Assembly: GCA_028716245.1 (NCBI GenBank)
Contig: JAQUQW010000002.1
Coordinates: forward strand, 72,947 to 136,946
Reading direction: 5' to 3'
Origin: Candidatus Omnitrophota bacterium
Lineage (GTDB): Bacteria > Omnitrophota > Gorgyraeia > Gygaellales > Profunditerraquicolaceae
DNA: 64,000 bases
The notes under the pieces are model-generated. The model was not told where the DNA came from. It saw nothing but the letters and a program-made list of their open reading frames with translations, and searched no databases. The translations under genes and the position numbers were made by a program. Positions 9,677 through 18,819 of this stretch are shown piece by piece; position 1 is the first letter of the stretch, and each line of letters begins with the position of its first letter.

Positions 9677-10270
9677 ATGGATAACTTTACTGTTTTATTG
9701 GCTTTAGGAAACGCGATGAATAAAATAAAAATTGAAAAAGCCGTGCGTCAGATTTTAGAAGCTATCGGTGAAGATCCCAAAAGGAAGGATCTTTTGGACA
9801 CTCCGCGCCGGGTTGCTCAAATGTACGAAGAGATATTCTCCGGGATTAAGCAGGATCCGGAAAAAGAGCTGGAGGTTATTCTTGACCAGAAGCACCATGA
9901 GATTATCCTTCTGCGCGACATACCGTTGTATTCTGTTTGCGAACACCATCTTTTGCCTTTTTTAGGCAAGGCAAATATCGCTTATATTCCCAAGAACGGT
10001 CGGGTAACCGGGTTAAGCAAGCTTGCCCGCATAGTGGATATTTTGGCCCGCCGGCCGCAGGTTCAGGAAAGGTTAACCACGCAAATTGCCGAGATCGTGA
10101 TGAGCAAGTTAAAGCCGCTGGGAGTAATGGTGGTTATCGAAGCTGAGCATTTATGTATGTCTATGCGCGGGGTAAGGAAACCCGGGACGATGACGGTAAC
10201 CAGCGCGGTGCGCGGGATCTTTAAAGAGAATGAGAAGACCCGTTCTGAAGCGCTGGCTTTAATGCGGTAA
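9677..10270 (+). CDS. folE: GTP cyclohydrolase I
   Basis: CEHHLLPF zinc-binding motif and FolE-like length. The start is probably the ATG at 9716 (MNKIKIE). Confidence 0.9.
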   Translation: MDNFTVLLALGNAMNKIKIEKAVRQILEAIGEDPKRKDLLDTPRRVAQMYEEIFSGIKQDPEKELEVILDQKHHEIILLRDIPLYSVCEHHLLPFLGKANIAYIPKNGRVTGLSKLARIVDILARRPQVQERLTTQIAEIVMSKLKPLGVMVVIEAEHLCMSMRGVRKPGTMTVTSAVRGIFKENEKTRSEALALMR

Positions 10271-11271
10271 TGAAAGGAAAGGAAGAAAGAGCTTTGAGAA
10301 AAATTCTGATTTTGTTATTTTTCGCGTTTATTTTATCCGGCTGCGCTACTTATAAATTTCAGAAATCCGTTTCATCCGGAAATCAGGGTTATTTGGTTAC
10401 TTATGATGGGGATCCTATTTTGGAATATACCATTGGGAAAGAAAAAACCCTGCCGGATTTAGCTTTAGCCAAGGAGCGTTTTAAGCGCCGCCGGTCGACA
10501 ATTGAGTATTATTATAAGCAGAGCGGCCAGATTGAGTCCCGATTTAAAGAATTCCTCTGGGATGTGCCGGCAATGTGCATGGATTTTGTGAGCGGTGTTT
10601 TACGTTGGCCGTTTATTGCCGTATCCGATTATAAATACAACCATAATCCTAAATATAAAGAAAGAATGGACAGGCTGGATCAAGAGAGGGAGGCATTGGA
10701 GAAAGCCCGGATAAACAGCTTAAAAGAAAAACTTACTGCCTATATCGCTCAAGATCTAGCCAAAGAACATTTACCACAAAGTAAAGTTGTTGAAACCCCC
10801 GTTACGCCTAAATCTCCTGAGCCGGTTGTTTTGCCGTTTGCTCAGGGGGCCTTGCCGCCAGCCCCACCGGTATCTTTGGCAGTTCAGACGCAAGTTCCTA
10901 AAAAAATAGAAACACCTAAGACCGAAACACCAGTTATAAAAGAACCAATTTCTCCGGTCTTGGCCACCGCACCGGCACCAATCAAAACAGTATTGGAGCC
11001 TCCGGTTGCCGTGATTACTGCAAAACCCATAAAAGGTTATTCTCCGCTTACGGTAAAATTTTCCGGGCAGAAATCATATTCTAAAAACGGCAAAATCGTT
11101 TCTTATAATTGGGATTTTGGCGACGGAGATACCTCATCCAAGAAAAATCCCGAGAACACTTATTGGAGTACTGTTTATGGAGCGCGTAATTTTACCGTAA
11201 CCCTTACAGTCAAGGACGCAGCAGGCTCAACCTCCAGCGCCACTTCAATAATCGAAGTATCCACCCCCTAA
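10270..11271 (+). CDS. lipoprotein with proline-rich linker and C-terminal PKD domain
   Basis: Lipobox LSGC, a Pro/Thr/Val-rich spacer, and a PKD-like domain (YNWDFGDGDTS...FTVTLTVKDAAG). Confidence 0.7.
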   Translation: MKGKEERALRKILILLFFAFILSGCATYKFQKSVSSGNQGYLVTYDGDPILEYTIGKEKTLPDLALAKERFKRRRSTIEYYYKQSGQIESRFKEFLWDVPAMCMDFVSGVLRWPFIAVSDYKYNHNPKYKERMDRLDQEREALEKARINSLKEKLTAYIAQDLAKEHLPQSKVVETPVTPKSPEPVVLPFAQGALPPAPPVSLAVQTQVPKKIETPKTETPVIKEPISPVLATAPAPIKTVLEPPVAVITAKPIKGYSPLTVKFSGQKSYSKNGKIVSYNWDFGDGDTSSKKNPENTYWSTVYGARNFTVTLTVKDAAGSTSSATSIIEVSTP

Positions 11272-11311
11272 AGGCGAAACAGTTTCCCAGCTAATCGGGA
11301 AACAGGGTTAA
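11272..11311. repeat. family-2 repeat unit (CGAAACAGTTTCC + GCTAATCGGGAAACAG modules) flanking transposase 2
   Basis: Contains the near-palindrome GAAACAGTTTC and the AATCGGG module. Its inverted counterpart is at 11801-11847 on the other side of the transposase gene. Confidence 0.7.
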
Positions 11312-11788
11312 CTAAAGTAAAAATTTATTCAAAAGCCCGTAATTATTACCAAGATTTCTTTCCGTGTAACTGCAAAAAGTATAATCTTTGGGGCTGTTTA
11401 CTAATTTTGCCCTTACAGGGTTTGTTTCGATATAGGAAATACAGTCTAGCACATACCGATTTTTAACAATCAATTTCGCTTTAAATTTACCCTGCCAAAG
11501 ATGGCCAACCTTGTTGTATTTTTTATTATAATAAGCAGTATAGGAACGTTGCAGGCATTGCATAAAATTAGATAATTTTTCCGGCACGACCGGTTGCCCC
11601 ATCAAATGGACATGATTAGGCATTAAGCAGTAACCATATAGATGGAAAGAATACTTCATTTTGTAATGTTTTAGTTGTCCAAGGTAGAACCCGAAGTCAC
11701 TTTTTTCAATAAAAACTATTTGTTTCTGATTTCCTCTTGCATAAATATGATAACAGGCGTTTTCGATTAATATTCTTGTTTTTGTCAT
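11312..11788 (-). CDS. IS200-like Y1 (HUH) transposase, RAYT-like (copy 2)
   Basis: 158 aa with HUH motif (PNHVHLM), conserved YHIYARG N-terminus and the Tyr-containing C-terminal helix region (YIETNPVRAKLV). It has family-2 repeats on both sides. Confidence 0.8.
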   Translation of the reverse strand: MTKTRILIENACYHIYARGNQKQIVFIEKSDFGFYLGQLKHYKMKYSFHLYGYCLMPNHVHLMGQPVVPEKLSNFMQCLQRSYTAYYNKKYNKVGHLWQGKFKAKLIVKNRYVLDCISYIETNPVRAKLVNSPKDYTFCSYTERNLGNNYGLLNKFLL

Positions 11789-11800
11789 TTCTCCTCCTTA

Positions 11801-11847
11801 GCCCCCGTTTCCCGATTGGGTCGGAAACAGTTTCGGGTTTTGGGTTT
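11801..11847. repeat. family-2 repeat unit (CCCGATTGGG + GGAAACAGTTTCG modules)
   Basis: GCCCCCGTTTCCCGATTGGGTCGGAAACAGTTTCGGG is an inverted copy of the element at 11272-11311. Confidence 0.7.
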
Positions 11848-13375
11848 AATTTAGTAGTTTATCCAGGCTTCGGTATTGCACTGCCTCCGCAACATGCTCG
11901 GCGCAAATTATTTCCTCTTGGTTTAAATCCGCAATCGTCCGGGCAACTTTCAGTATTTTATCATAAGCCCTGGCGGAGAACCCTAATTCGGACATCGCCA
12001 TCCGTATCAACTTTTGCGCGTTCTCATCCAGAAGACAATGTTCCTTGATTAATTTACTCTGCATTTGGGCATTGCAAAATATTCCCGTTGATTTAAATCT
12101 TTCCCGTTGAATGGCGCGCGCATTTTCCACGCGCTGCCTGATTGCTTGCGAGGTTTCCGTGTTTTTTATCTCGGATAATTCCCGGTATTTTACCTGCGGA
12201 ACTTCAATATGTATATCAATCCGGTCAAGCAGGGGGCCGGAAATCTTGCCTAAATAATTCCTGATTTTTGTGGTATTGCAATGGCAGGTTTTCTGCGGGC
12301 TAAAATAATTCCCGCAGGGGCAAGGGTTAAGGGCTGCGGCCAAAATAAAATTAGCCGGAAAAACCAAAGTCCCTTTTAAGCGGCTGACGCAAATTAAATT
12401 ATCTTCCAGCGGTTGCCTCAATGCTTCCAAGGCCTTACGGCTGAACTCCGGTAATTCATCCAGAAATAAAACTCCATGATGAGACAGGCTTATTTCTCCC
12501 GGCTTAGGAATGCTGCCTCCGCCAATTAATGCGATATCTGAAATACTGTGGTGGGGAAAGCGGAAAGGCCGGGTTCCGATAAAACCATCCTTGTTTAACA
12601 ATGCCTTTGCTACTGAATGGATCCGGGTTATTTCCAGGGCTTCTTGTAAGCTGAGGCTGGGCATAATGGTGGGGATTCTTTTGGCAAGCATAGTTTTACC
12701 GCTGCCCGGCGGCCCCAGCAAAACAATATTGTGCCCGCCTGAGACAGCTACCTCAATAGCTCGCTTAGCAAAATATTGGCCTTTGACTTCGGAAAAATCC
12801 AGGCTGTAATTCGCGTTTGTCTTAAGGATTTCTTCGGGAGCCAGTTTAAATGGCTGCCTGAGGCCGGGGTCGGCTAAGAATTGCACGACTTCTTTTAAAG
12901 TTCTTAAAGGCCAGGCAGATATTTCCGGTATAATCCCGGCTTCTTTGGCATTTTCTTCGGGAAGTATAAGGTTCTTCAGCGGTAATTTTGCCATGGTTAA
13001 ACTTATTGCCAGGACTCCGTGAACTGGCCGTAGCTGCCCGTCCAGAGATAGCTCTCCCAGAAAAGAGTAATTTTTAATAAGATCCTCATTAATTTGTTTG
13101 GTTGCCGCCAGAATGCCTAAAGCAATGGCTAAGTCAAAGCATGCCCCCTCTTTTTTGATGTTGGAAGGGGCCAGGTTCACGGTTATTCTCTCCGCGGGCC
13201 ACTGGAAACCCGAATTTTTGATTGCCGAGCGCACCCTCTCTTTGCTTTCTTTTATCGCCGTGTCGGCTAAACCGACCAAGGTAACTACCGGAAGCCCCCT
13301 GGCAACATCGATTTCTATTTCAACCGGGTAGGCTTCCAGGCCCAAGAGGCCAAAGCTGTAAATTTTTGAGATCAT
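11846..13375 (-). CDS. comM: Mg-chelatase-like AAA+ ATPase ComM/YifB
   Basis: 509 aa with N-terminal Lon-like S5 fold domain, Walker A GPPGSGKT and a C-terminal ChlI/YifB region. Confidence 0.88.
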   Translation of the reverse strand: MISKIYSFGLLGLEAYPVEIEIDVARGLPVVTLVGLADTAIKESKERVRSAIKNSGFQWPAERITVNLAPSNIKKEGACFDLAIALGILAATKQINEDLIKNYSFLGELSLDGQLRPVHGVLAISLTMAKLPLKNLILPEENAKEAGIIPEISAWPLRTLKEVVQFLADPGLRQPFKLAPEEILKTNANYSLDFSEVKGQYFAKRAIEVAVSGGHNIVLLGPPGSGKTMLAKRIPTIMPSLSLQEALEITRIHSVAKALLNKDGFIGTRPFRFPHHSISDIALIGGGSIPKPGEISLSHHGVLFLDELPEFSRKALEALRQPLEDNLICVSRLKGTLVFPANFILAAALNPCPCGNYFSPQKTCHCNTTKIRNYLGKISGPLLDRIDIHIEVPQVKYRELSEIKNTETSQAIRQRVENARAIQRERFKSTGIFCNAQMQSKLIKEHCLLDENAQKLIRMAMSELGFSARAYDKILKVARTIADLNQEEIICAEHVAEAVQYRSLDKLLN

Positions 13376-13469
13376 CGTTTCTCCTTTCTAGGATAATAGA
13401 CGTATTGAACAGGGGAATCTAACCGAAAAAAGCTTGCTTTTTAGGCCGAGGATTATATAATATAGGCTT

Positions 13470-14048
13470 ATGAATAAGGATGCGGTTAAGAACATAGTGC
13501 TTATCTTATTACTGGGTATTACTGTTTTTAGTATGGTCAAGTACGTCAGTGAATTAAGGGAAAGATTTAGGCTCCAAGAAAGCTTGGTCCAAACCCAGGA
13601 CCAGGTTACCGTCTTAGCCCAAGAGAAGCAAAACCTATTGCAAGACTTAAAGAAAGAGAAAGAGTCCAAAGAGCAACTGGAGCTGAAAAACGCGAAACTT
13701 AAAGGATATCTACGGGCAGGCGGGAACAGGATTAGGCGCCTTTTTCGGGATAATGCCATAAGCCAGAATAATCTTGAGGACGCAAGCGCCAGGCTCTCCA
13801 TATTAAAGGCGGAGAATCGGGCTCTTATTGACAGCCATAAACGTATTTATATGGAAAATGAAGGATTTAAATTAAAATTAAGTTCGGTTGTTGAGTTAAA
13901 AAAAGCAATCAAAGAGTTAAAGGCCAAAAAGCGCAGAAGTCCCGATTCGGAAGCAGGAGGCAACCAGGGTTTTTTGATCAGGGATAGCCAGCCAACTGCT
14001 TTAGAGAAGGTTAAGATCGAAGTTCTTCCTGCCCAAACTAAAAAATAA
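13470..14048 (+). CDS. membrane-anchored coiled-coil protein (hypothetical)
   Basis: N-terminal TM segment followed by a Lys/Glu-rich heptad-like region. No recognised catalytic motif. Confidence 0.5.
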   Translation: MNKDAVKNIVLILLLGITVFSMVKYVSELRERFRLQESLVQTQDQVTVLAQEKQNLLQDLKKEKESKEQLELKNAKLKGYLRAGGNRIRRLFRDNAISQNNLEDASARLSILKAENRALIDSHKRIYMENEGFKLKLSSVVELKKAIKELKAKKRRSPDSEAGGNQGFLIRDSQPTALEKVKIEVLPAQTKK

Positions 14049-14503
14049 TGAGAGATTTTTTCGCGGAGATTTATAGGAACAAGGTTTTGATGACGACTAT
14101 CTCGGCTTGGTTGATTGCTCAGACGATTAAAGTGGCCATCGGAGTCATCCGGATGAAGAGGTTTGATTTCCGCTTATTTATCGGCAGCGGCGGGATGCCT
14201 TCTGCCCACGCGGCCGGGGCCGCATGTTTAGGGACAAGCATAGGAATTGAGCATGGATTTGACAGCGTTTATTTTGCTTTAGCGTTTGCTTTTGCCATTG
14301 TGGTTATGTTCGATGCTCAAGGAGTGCGCCGCTCAGCGGGTAAACAGGCCGGTATTTTAAATAAAATTATGGAGGATATATATTGGCAGGGCAAGATCCA
14401 GGAGTTGCGTTTGCGTGAACTTATCGGGCATACTCCCGTAGAAGTAATTGTGGGGTTATTTTTAGGTATTGTTATTGCTTTGGTATCTTACAGGAGGTCT
14501 TAA
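14048..14503 (+). CDS. divergent PAP2 family membrane protein (DUF212-like)
   Basis: GMPSAHAAGAACLGTSIG...MFDAQGVRRSAGKQ is characteristic of the acid-phosphatase/vanadium haloperoxidase-related DUF212 family. Confidence 0.7.
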   Translation: MRDFFAEIYRNKVLMTTISAWLIAQTIKVAIGVIRMKRFDFRLFIGSGGMPSAHAAGAACLGTSIGIEHGFDSVYFALAFAFAIVVMFDAQGVRRSAGKQAGILNKIMEDIYWQGKIQELRLRELIGHTPVEVIVGLFLGIVIALVSYRRS

Positions 14504-15312
14504 TGAATAAAAAATATTTGGTTATAATTATAGCGGTAGCGATAATCGCGGGAGTTTTGGTGGTTTTAGCCGGCAAAAAGATAAACAACCCGGTTGGCCC
14601 GGCCGGCCGTTCATCTGTGCGTATCTGGTTGAACCAAGCGCGCCAGTTTGAGGCCAAAGGCAACCTGCTTGAGGCAAAATTATTGTATCAGAAACTGGTG
14701 AATGATTTTCCGGAGTCCCCGGATGTAGCGTATTGGCAGAAGAAGGCTGAAGATATAAATATTAAATTATTATTTTCATCCGTGGTTACTCCGAAAAGCA
14801 TAGTCTATAAGATCAGGCCCGGAGACACCATCAATAAGATCGCCCGCGAACATAAAACCACTCCGGAGTTGATTATGAAGAGCAATAATATCAATGATGC
14901 GCTGATAATTCCGGGCCGGGCAATAAAGATTTGGAACGCGCCTTTTAGCGTCCTGGTTAATAAATCCCAGAACATACTTATGCTTAAAAGCGATGAAGAG
15001 ATATTCAAGACATACATCGTGTCCACCGGAAAAAATAACTGCACTCCCGTGGGCACATTTAAAATTGTCAATAAACTTACCAATCCCACCTGGTTTAAGG
15101 CCGGGGCGATAGTTCCGGCGCAAAGCGCGCAAAATGTGCTGGGTACCCGTTGGATGGGTTTTGATTTAGCCGGTTATGGCATCCACGGGACCACCGAGCC
15201 AAAAGAGCTGGGCAAACAGGTAACCCAGGGATGCGTGCGCTTGAATAATTCTGATGTTGAAGAACTTTACAATATTATCCCAGTCGGGACAGAAGTTACC
15301 GTCATTGATTAA
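14503..15312 (+). CDS. L,D-transpeptidase with LysM domain
   Basis: Signal anchor, LysM (DTINKIAREHKTTPELIMKSNNIND) and a YkuD catalytic domain (HGT...GCVRL). Confidence 0.85.
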   Translation: MNKKYLVIIIAVAIIAGVLVVLAGKKINNPVGPAGRSSVRIWLNQARQFEAKGNLLEAKLLYQKLVNDFPESPDVAYWQKKAEDINIKLLFSSVVTPKSIVYKIRPGDTINKIAREHKTTPELIMKSNNINDALIIPGRAIKIWNAPFSVLVNKSQNILMLKSDEEIFKTYIVSTGKNNCTPVGTFKIVNKLTNPTWFKAGAIVPAQSAQNVLGTRWMGFDLAGYGIHGTTEPKELGKQVTQGCVRLNNSDVEELYNIIPVGTEVTVID

Positions 15313-15317
15313 TCCTT

Positions 15318-16265
15318 ATGGCCGGACTAGATTTTGAAAAACCTATCCTAGAGCTAGAGAAAAAAATCCAAGAGCTTAAATCTTTTATGGCTGAAAAAAA
15401 GATTGATTTGTCTTCAGAAATCAAGAAGCTCGAAGAGAAGCTGGAGCATTTAAAAAAAGATACTTATATTAATCTTAGCGCTTGGCAAAAAGTGCAGCTT
15501 GCCCGCCATCCCAAGCGGCCTTATACATTGGATTATATCGGTATGATTATGTCGGACTTTGTGGAACTGCACGGCGACCGGCTTTTTAGCGATGATAAGG
15601 CGATGATTTGCGGTTTGGCAAAGCTGGATAAAATTAAGGTTATGGTCATCGGGCATCAAAAAGGCCGCGACACCAAGGAAAATTTAAAACGCAATTTTGG
15701 CTGCGCCCATCCGGAAGGATACCGCAAGGCCTTGCGGGTAATGCAATTGGCTGAAGAATTTGATTTGCCGATCGTAGTCCTTATTGATACCCCCGGAGCA
15801 TATCCGGGTATCGGGGCTGAAGAGCGCGGGCAGTCTCACGCGATCGCGCTGAATTTACGGGAGATGGCCTCGATTAGCGTGCCGATTATGGCGATTGTGA
15901 TTGGAGAAGGAGGCTCAGGAGGGGCTCTTGGGGTGGGGGTGGCTGACCGGGTGGCGGTTTTAGAAAATTCATATTATTCGGTTATTTCTCCGGAAGGATG
16001 CGCGGCAATCCTTTGGAAGGACGGGGCCAAGGCCCCTCAAGCGGCAGAGGTATTAAAACTTACCGGCCAGGATCTTTTAAAAATGGGCATTATCGACGAG
16101 GTAATCCCCGAACCCCTGGGCGGAGCGCATCGTGACGCGCAAAAAACCGCTTTAAACATCAAGGAAGCAATTTTAAGGAATTTTAAGGAATTAAGGCTTT
16201 TGGATAAAGAAGCATTGCTTAAATTAAGGTATAAGAAGTTCAGGTCAATGGGTGTTACCGGATGA
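15318..16265 (+). CDS. accA: acetyl-CoA carboxylase carboxyltransferase alpha subunit
   Basis: 315 aa, MAGLDFEKPILELEKKI start and carboxyltransferase domain (IDTPGAYPGIGAEERGQ). Confidence 0.9.
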   Translation: MAGLDFEKPILELEKKIQELKSFMAEKKIDLSSEIKKLEEKLEHLKKDTYINLSAWQKVQLARHPKRPYTLDYIGMIMSDFVELHGDRLFSDDKAMICGLAKLDKIKVMVIGHQKGRDTKENLKRNFGCAHPEGYRKALRVMQLAEEFDLPIVVLIDTPGAYPGIGAEERGQSHAIALNLREMASISVPIMAIVIGEGGSGGALGVGVADRVAVLENSYYSVISPEGCAAILWKDGAKAPQAAEVLKLTGQDLLKMGIIDEVIPEPLGGAHRDAQKTALNIKEAILRNFKELRLLDKEALLKLRYKKFRSMGVTG

Positions 16266-16777
16266 TTGAGCAGGAGCTAATTTTATTAGGCCTGTTACGC
16301 CAAAGCCCCAAGCACGGTTACGAAATTAAGGTAAAAGCGCGCGAAATCCTCTCCTCTTTTGCCGGAGTCCAGTTAAAGTCAATATATTACCCCCTAAGAA
16401 TTTTAGAAAAAAAAGGCCTGCTTACCAAGTGCGCGGATAAATTAGGCAGCAGGCCAAGGCGTTTTGTCTATTGCCTTACCGAAAAGGGTAAAGAGCGCTT
16501 TGAGATATTGCTTAATAAAAACCTGCTGGATTTTACGCGCCCCCAGTTTACTCTTGACCTAAGTTTATATTTCCTCAACTTCTTGAAACCAGCTTTAGCC
16601 CGGCGCCGGCTAAAGAAGAGGCTGGAAATTTTAGGAAAGATCTCCAGCGGCATAGAAAAGATGCTAAAAACCAAAGAATTAAAAGAATCCCTGGCGATTT
16701 CCCGGATTATGGAACATAATCTCTGCCTGCTGCGTGCCGAGTCTTCCTTCCTGAGTTCACTCCTCCAAAAAATTTAA
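16262..16777 (+). CDS. PadR-family transcriptional regulator
   Basis: PadR winged-helix signature (HGYEIKVKAREIL...YPLRILEKKGLL). The stop TAA at 16775-16777 overlaps the first bases of REPIN A. Confidence 0.75.
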   Translation: MIEQELILLGLLRQSPKHGYEIKVKAREILSSFAGVQLKSIYYPLRILEKKGLLTKCADKLGSRPRRFVYCLTEKGKERFEILLNKNLLDFTRPQFTLDLSLYFLNFLKPALARRRLKKRLEILGKISSGIEKMLKTKELKESLAISRIMEHNLCLLRAESSFLSSLLQKI

Positions 16778-16840
16778 ATAGGGACAGCGACCATTTTTCT
16801 CTAAGCTAAACTTCCAAAAAATGGTCGCTGTCCCTATTTA
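16776..16840. repeat. REPIN-like element A (family 1: AAATAGGGACAGCGACCATTTTT, 17-nt spacer, reverse complement)
   Basis: The left arm overlaps the PadR stop and the right arm AAAAAATGGTCGCTGTCCCTATTTA ends at 16840. Confidence 0.85.
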
Positions 16841-16896
16841 TTTAGGCATAAAAGACGTTGAAAATACTATGGTTAGAACAAGGTAACGGTTCAATA

Positions 16897-16949
16897 GGGG
16901 GACGTTTATATTTTTTTAAAGTTGAAGCTGTAAAAAATAGAAACGTCCC
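16897..16949. repeat. family-3 long inverted repeat (GGGACGTTT[A/C]TATTTTTT arms)
   Basis: Left arm at 16897-16917 and right arm at 16933-16949. It is itself bracketed by a 9-bp inverted repeat, GGCATAAAA at 16845-16853 and TTTTATGCC at 16976-16984. Confidence 0.7.
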
Positions 16950-17012
16950 ATTTCTTTTAAGGCGGACAGCAAGTTTTTATGCCCCCGTCGGCAAAATCAG
17001 TAAAAAAAGTAA

Positions 17013-17047
17013 AATAGTGCTTGACAAAACATATTATTTTATATATT
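17013..17047 (+). promoter_or_regulatory. candidate sigma70-type promoter in the AT-rich intergenic region upstream of the MerR-like/GspA-like/secretin operon
   Basis: TTGACA at 17013-17018 followed about 17 nt later by TATTAT/TATAAT-like sequences. Assigned by eye only. Confidence 0.3.
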
Positions 17048-17086
17048 ATTTCATATATAATATAGTAATTGCTATAACATACCATA

Positions 17087-17341
17087 ATGATTTTTTCAAA
17101 TGGAGGAAACATAATGGCTAAAATATTGATCTCACCGGGTGAAATCAGCAAAATCCACAATATCTCCTATCAGACGATAAACTACTATACAAATTTAGGC
17201 CTGTTGATGGTCAAGAAAAGGAACGCCAATAACCGGCTTTATAGTTCCCGGCAGGTAAGCGCCTGCTTAAAGAAGGTCAATGACCTTAAAAGCCGGGGGT
17301 ATTCCCTGAAACTTATCTGTGATCTGTTAAGAAAGGGTTAA
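17087..17341 (+). CDS. small MerR-type HTH DNA-binding protein
   Basis: HTH of MerR type (ISKIHNISYQTINYYTNLGLL). The likely start is the ATG at 17114 (MAKILISPGE). Confidence 0.6.
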   Translation: MIFSNGGNIMAKILISPGEISKIHNISYQTINYYTNLGLLMVKKRNANNRLYSSRQVSACLKKVNDLKSRGYSLKLICDLLRKG

Positions 17342-18166
17342 ATGAGCTATTATTCGGTCCTTGGACTAAAAAAAGAGCCTTTTTCCAACAGCCCTGACCC
17401 GGAATTTTTTTACGAGTCAAATGAGCATAAGGCGGCGCTGATGCGCCTGCTGGTTGAAATACGCCTGCGCCGGGGTTTGAGCGTCATCTTAGGCGATGTT
17501 GGAGTAGGCAAGACAACCCTTTCGCGTAAACTTTTTCAAATGCTCAAAGAGCGCCCGGATATGCTTTTTTATATGATTATGGACCCTACCGCCCAAAGCG
17601 AGGAGCTTTTTCTGGAATCATTAGTGCGCACATTCAATATCCAGGACCAGATCCAGGGCAAAGCAAGCATCCTTGATTATAAAGAGGCGATTAAAAAACA
17701 CCTTTTCCAAAAAGGGGTTGAAGAGAATAAAACCATAGTTTTGGTGGTGGATGAAGCGCAGAAGTTAAACGCCGATTCGCTGGAAATTTTACGCGTTTTA
17801 CTGAATTATGAAACAAATGAATTTAAATTACTGCAGTTGGTGCTTTTTGCGCAGATGGAACTTTTGCCGCGGATCAAGGAGATAAAAAACTTTTTTGACC
17901 GGATTGTGCTTAAATACGTGATCAATCCTTTGGATGAGCCGGAAACGCGGGATCTGATTAGTTTTCGCCTCAGGCAATCCGGGTTTAATACAGAGTTGAA
18001 ACTCTTTACAGACGAAGCAGTTAATGAAATCCAGCATTACAGCCAAGGGTATCCCCGCAGAATAAACCTGATTTGCCATAACGCGCTAAGAAACCTGATT
18101 ATGGGTAACAAAACGGTTATCGATGGGGCGCTTATCCGTGACTTAGTCGCAAGGAGCGTAGTGTAA
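17342..18166 (+). CDS. ExeA/GspA/MshM-like AAA+ ATPase (secretion system accessory)
   Basis: Walker A LGDVGVGKTTL, Walker B VVDEAQ, and ExeA-like length and context upstream of the secretins. Confidence 0.75.
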   Translation: MSYYSVLGLKKEPFSNSPDPEFFYESNEHKAALMRLLVEIRLRRGLSVILGDVGVGKTTLSRKLFQMLKERPDMLFYMIMDPTAQSEELFLESLVRTFNIQDQIQGKASILDYKEAIKKHLFQKGVEENKTIVLVVDEAQKLNADSLEILRVLLNYETNEFKLLQLVLFAQMELLPRIKEIKNFFDRIVLKYVINPLDEPETRDLISFRLRQSGFNTELKLFTDEAVNEIQHYSQGYPRRINLICHNALRNLIMGNKTVIDGALIRDLVARSVV

Positions 18167-18819
18167 TGATCGACAAGCAAACTTCTGACGAGAGGTTACT
18201 TAAACTTATTGAGGGCACCGGGGAACCTAAACACCCGGGAGCTATGTCCGTCGGGGCAAGAAGGCTGGCCGCCCATCCCCTGGCCGTTAAACTTAATTTT
18301 CTTGAACTAAAATCGAAGCTTAAAGACTTAAAGGTTAATTTACTCGTTTTAAATAAAGGCTTGATTGGTTTGGCAGTTTTCCTAACGTTTATGTTTTTGT
18401 ATATCCTTATCAGCGGTTCAATAATTTCTAAATCCAACTCTATTTCTTTTACCCCCAGGGATAGCTCGGCAATAATAAAATTAATATCCGCCGGAGAGGC
18501 TCAAGGGTTGATGCGCAAAAACATCGCCAATCAGAATATCACCAGGGATTTTTTTCTTCCCTTTGGCGAAAAACGCAGTGTTCCTGTGCAGGAGGAGGGC
18601 CCGGATATAACCGAAGAGGTCAAGGCCCTGAAACTTGTCGGCATTATCTGGTCGCGTAATCCTGAAGTGATGATTGAAAATTCCAAAGACTCTCGGACAT
18701 ATACTTTAAAAAAAGGCGAATCGCTTGGCGATAAGTTCAAGATTAAAGAGATTTCACGGACTTCGGCTATTTTGGTGGTAACCACCCCGGCCGGCTTAAA
18801 GGAATATGAGTTAAGATGA
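18166..18819 (+). CDS. single-pass membrane protein with C-terminal beta domain, GspC/PilP-like secretin partner (putative)
   Basis: One TM segment (LIGLAVFLTFMFLYILI) and a C-terminal TYTLKKGESLGDKFKIKEISRTSAILV resembling the HR domain of GspC/PilP. It lies between the GspA-like gene and the secretin. Confidence 0.4.
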   Translation: MIDKQTSDERLLKLIEGTGEPKHPGAMSVGARRLAAHPLAVKLNFLELKSKLKDLKVNLLVLNKGLIGLAVFLTFMFLYILISGSIISKSNSISFTPRDSSAIIKLISAGEAQGLMRKNIANQNITRDFFLPFGEKRSVPVQEEGPDITEEVKALKLVGIIWSRNPEVMIENSKDSRTYTLKKGESLGDKFKIKEISRTSAILVVTTPAGLKEYELR

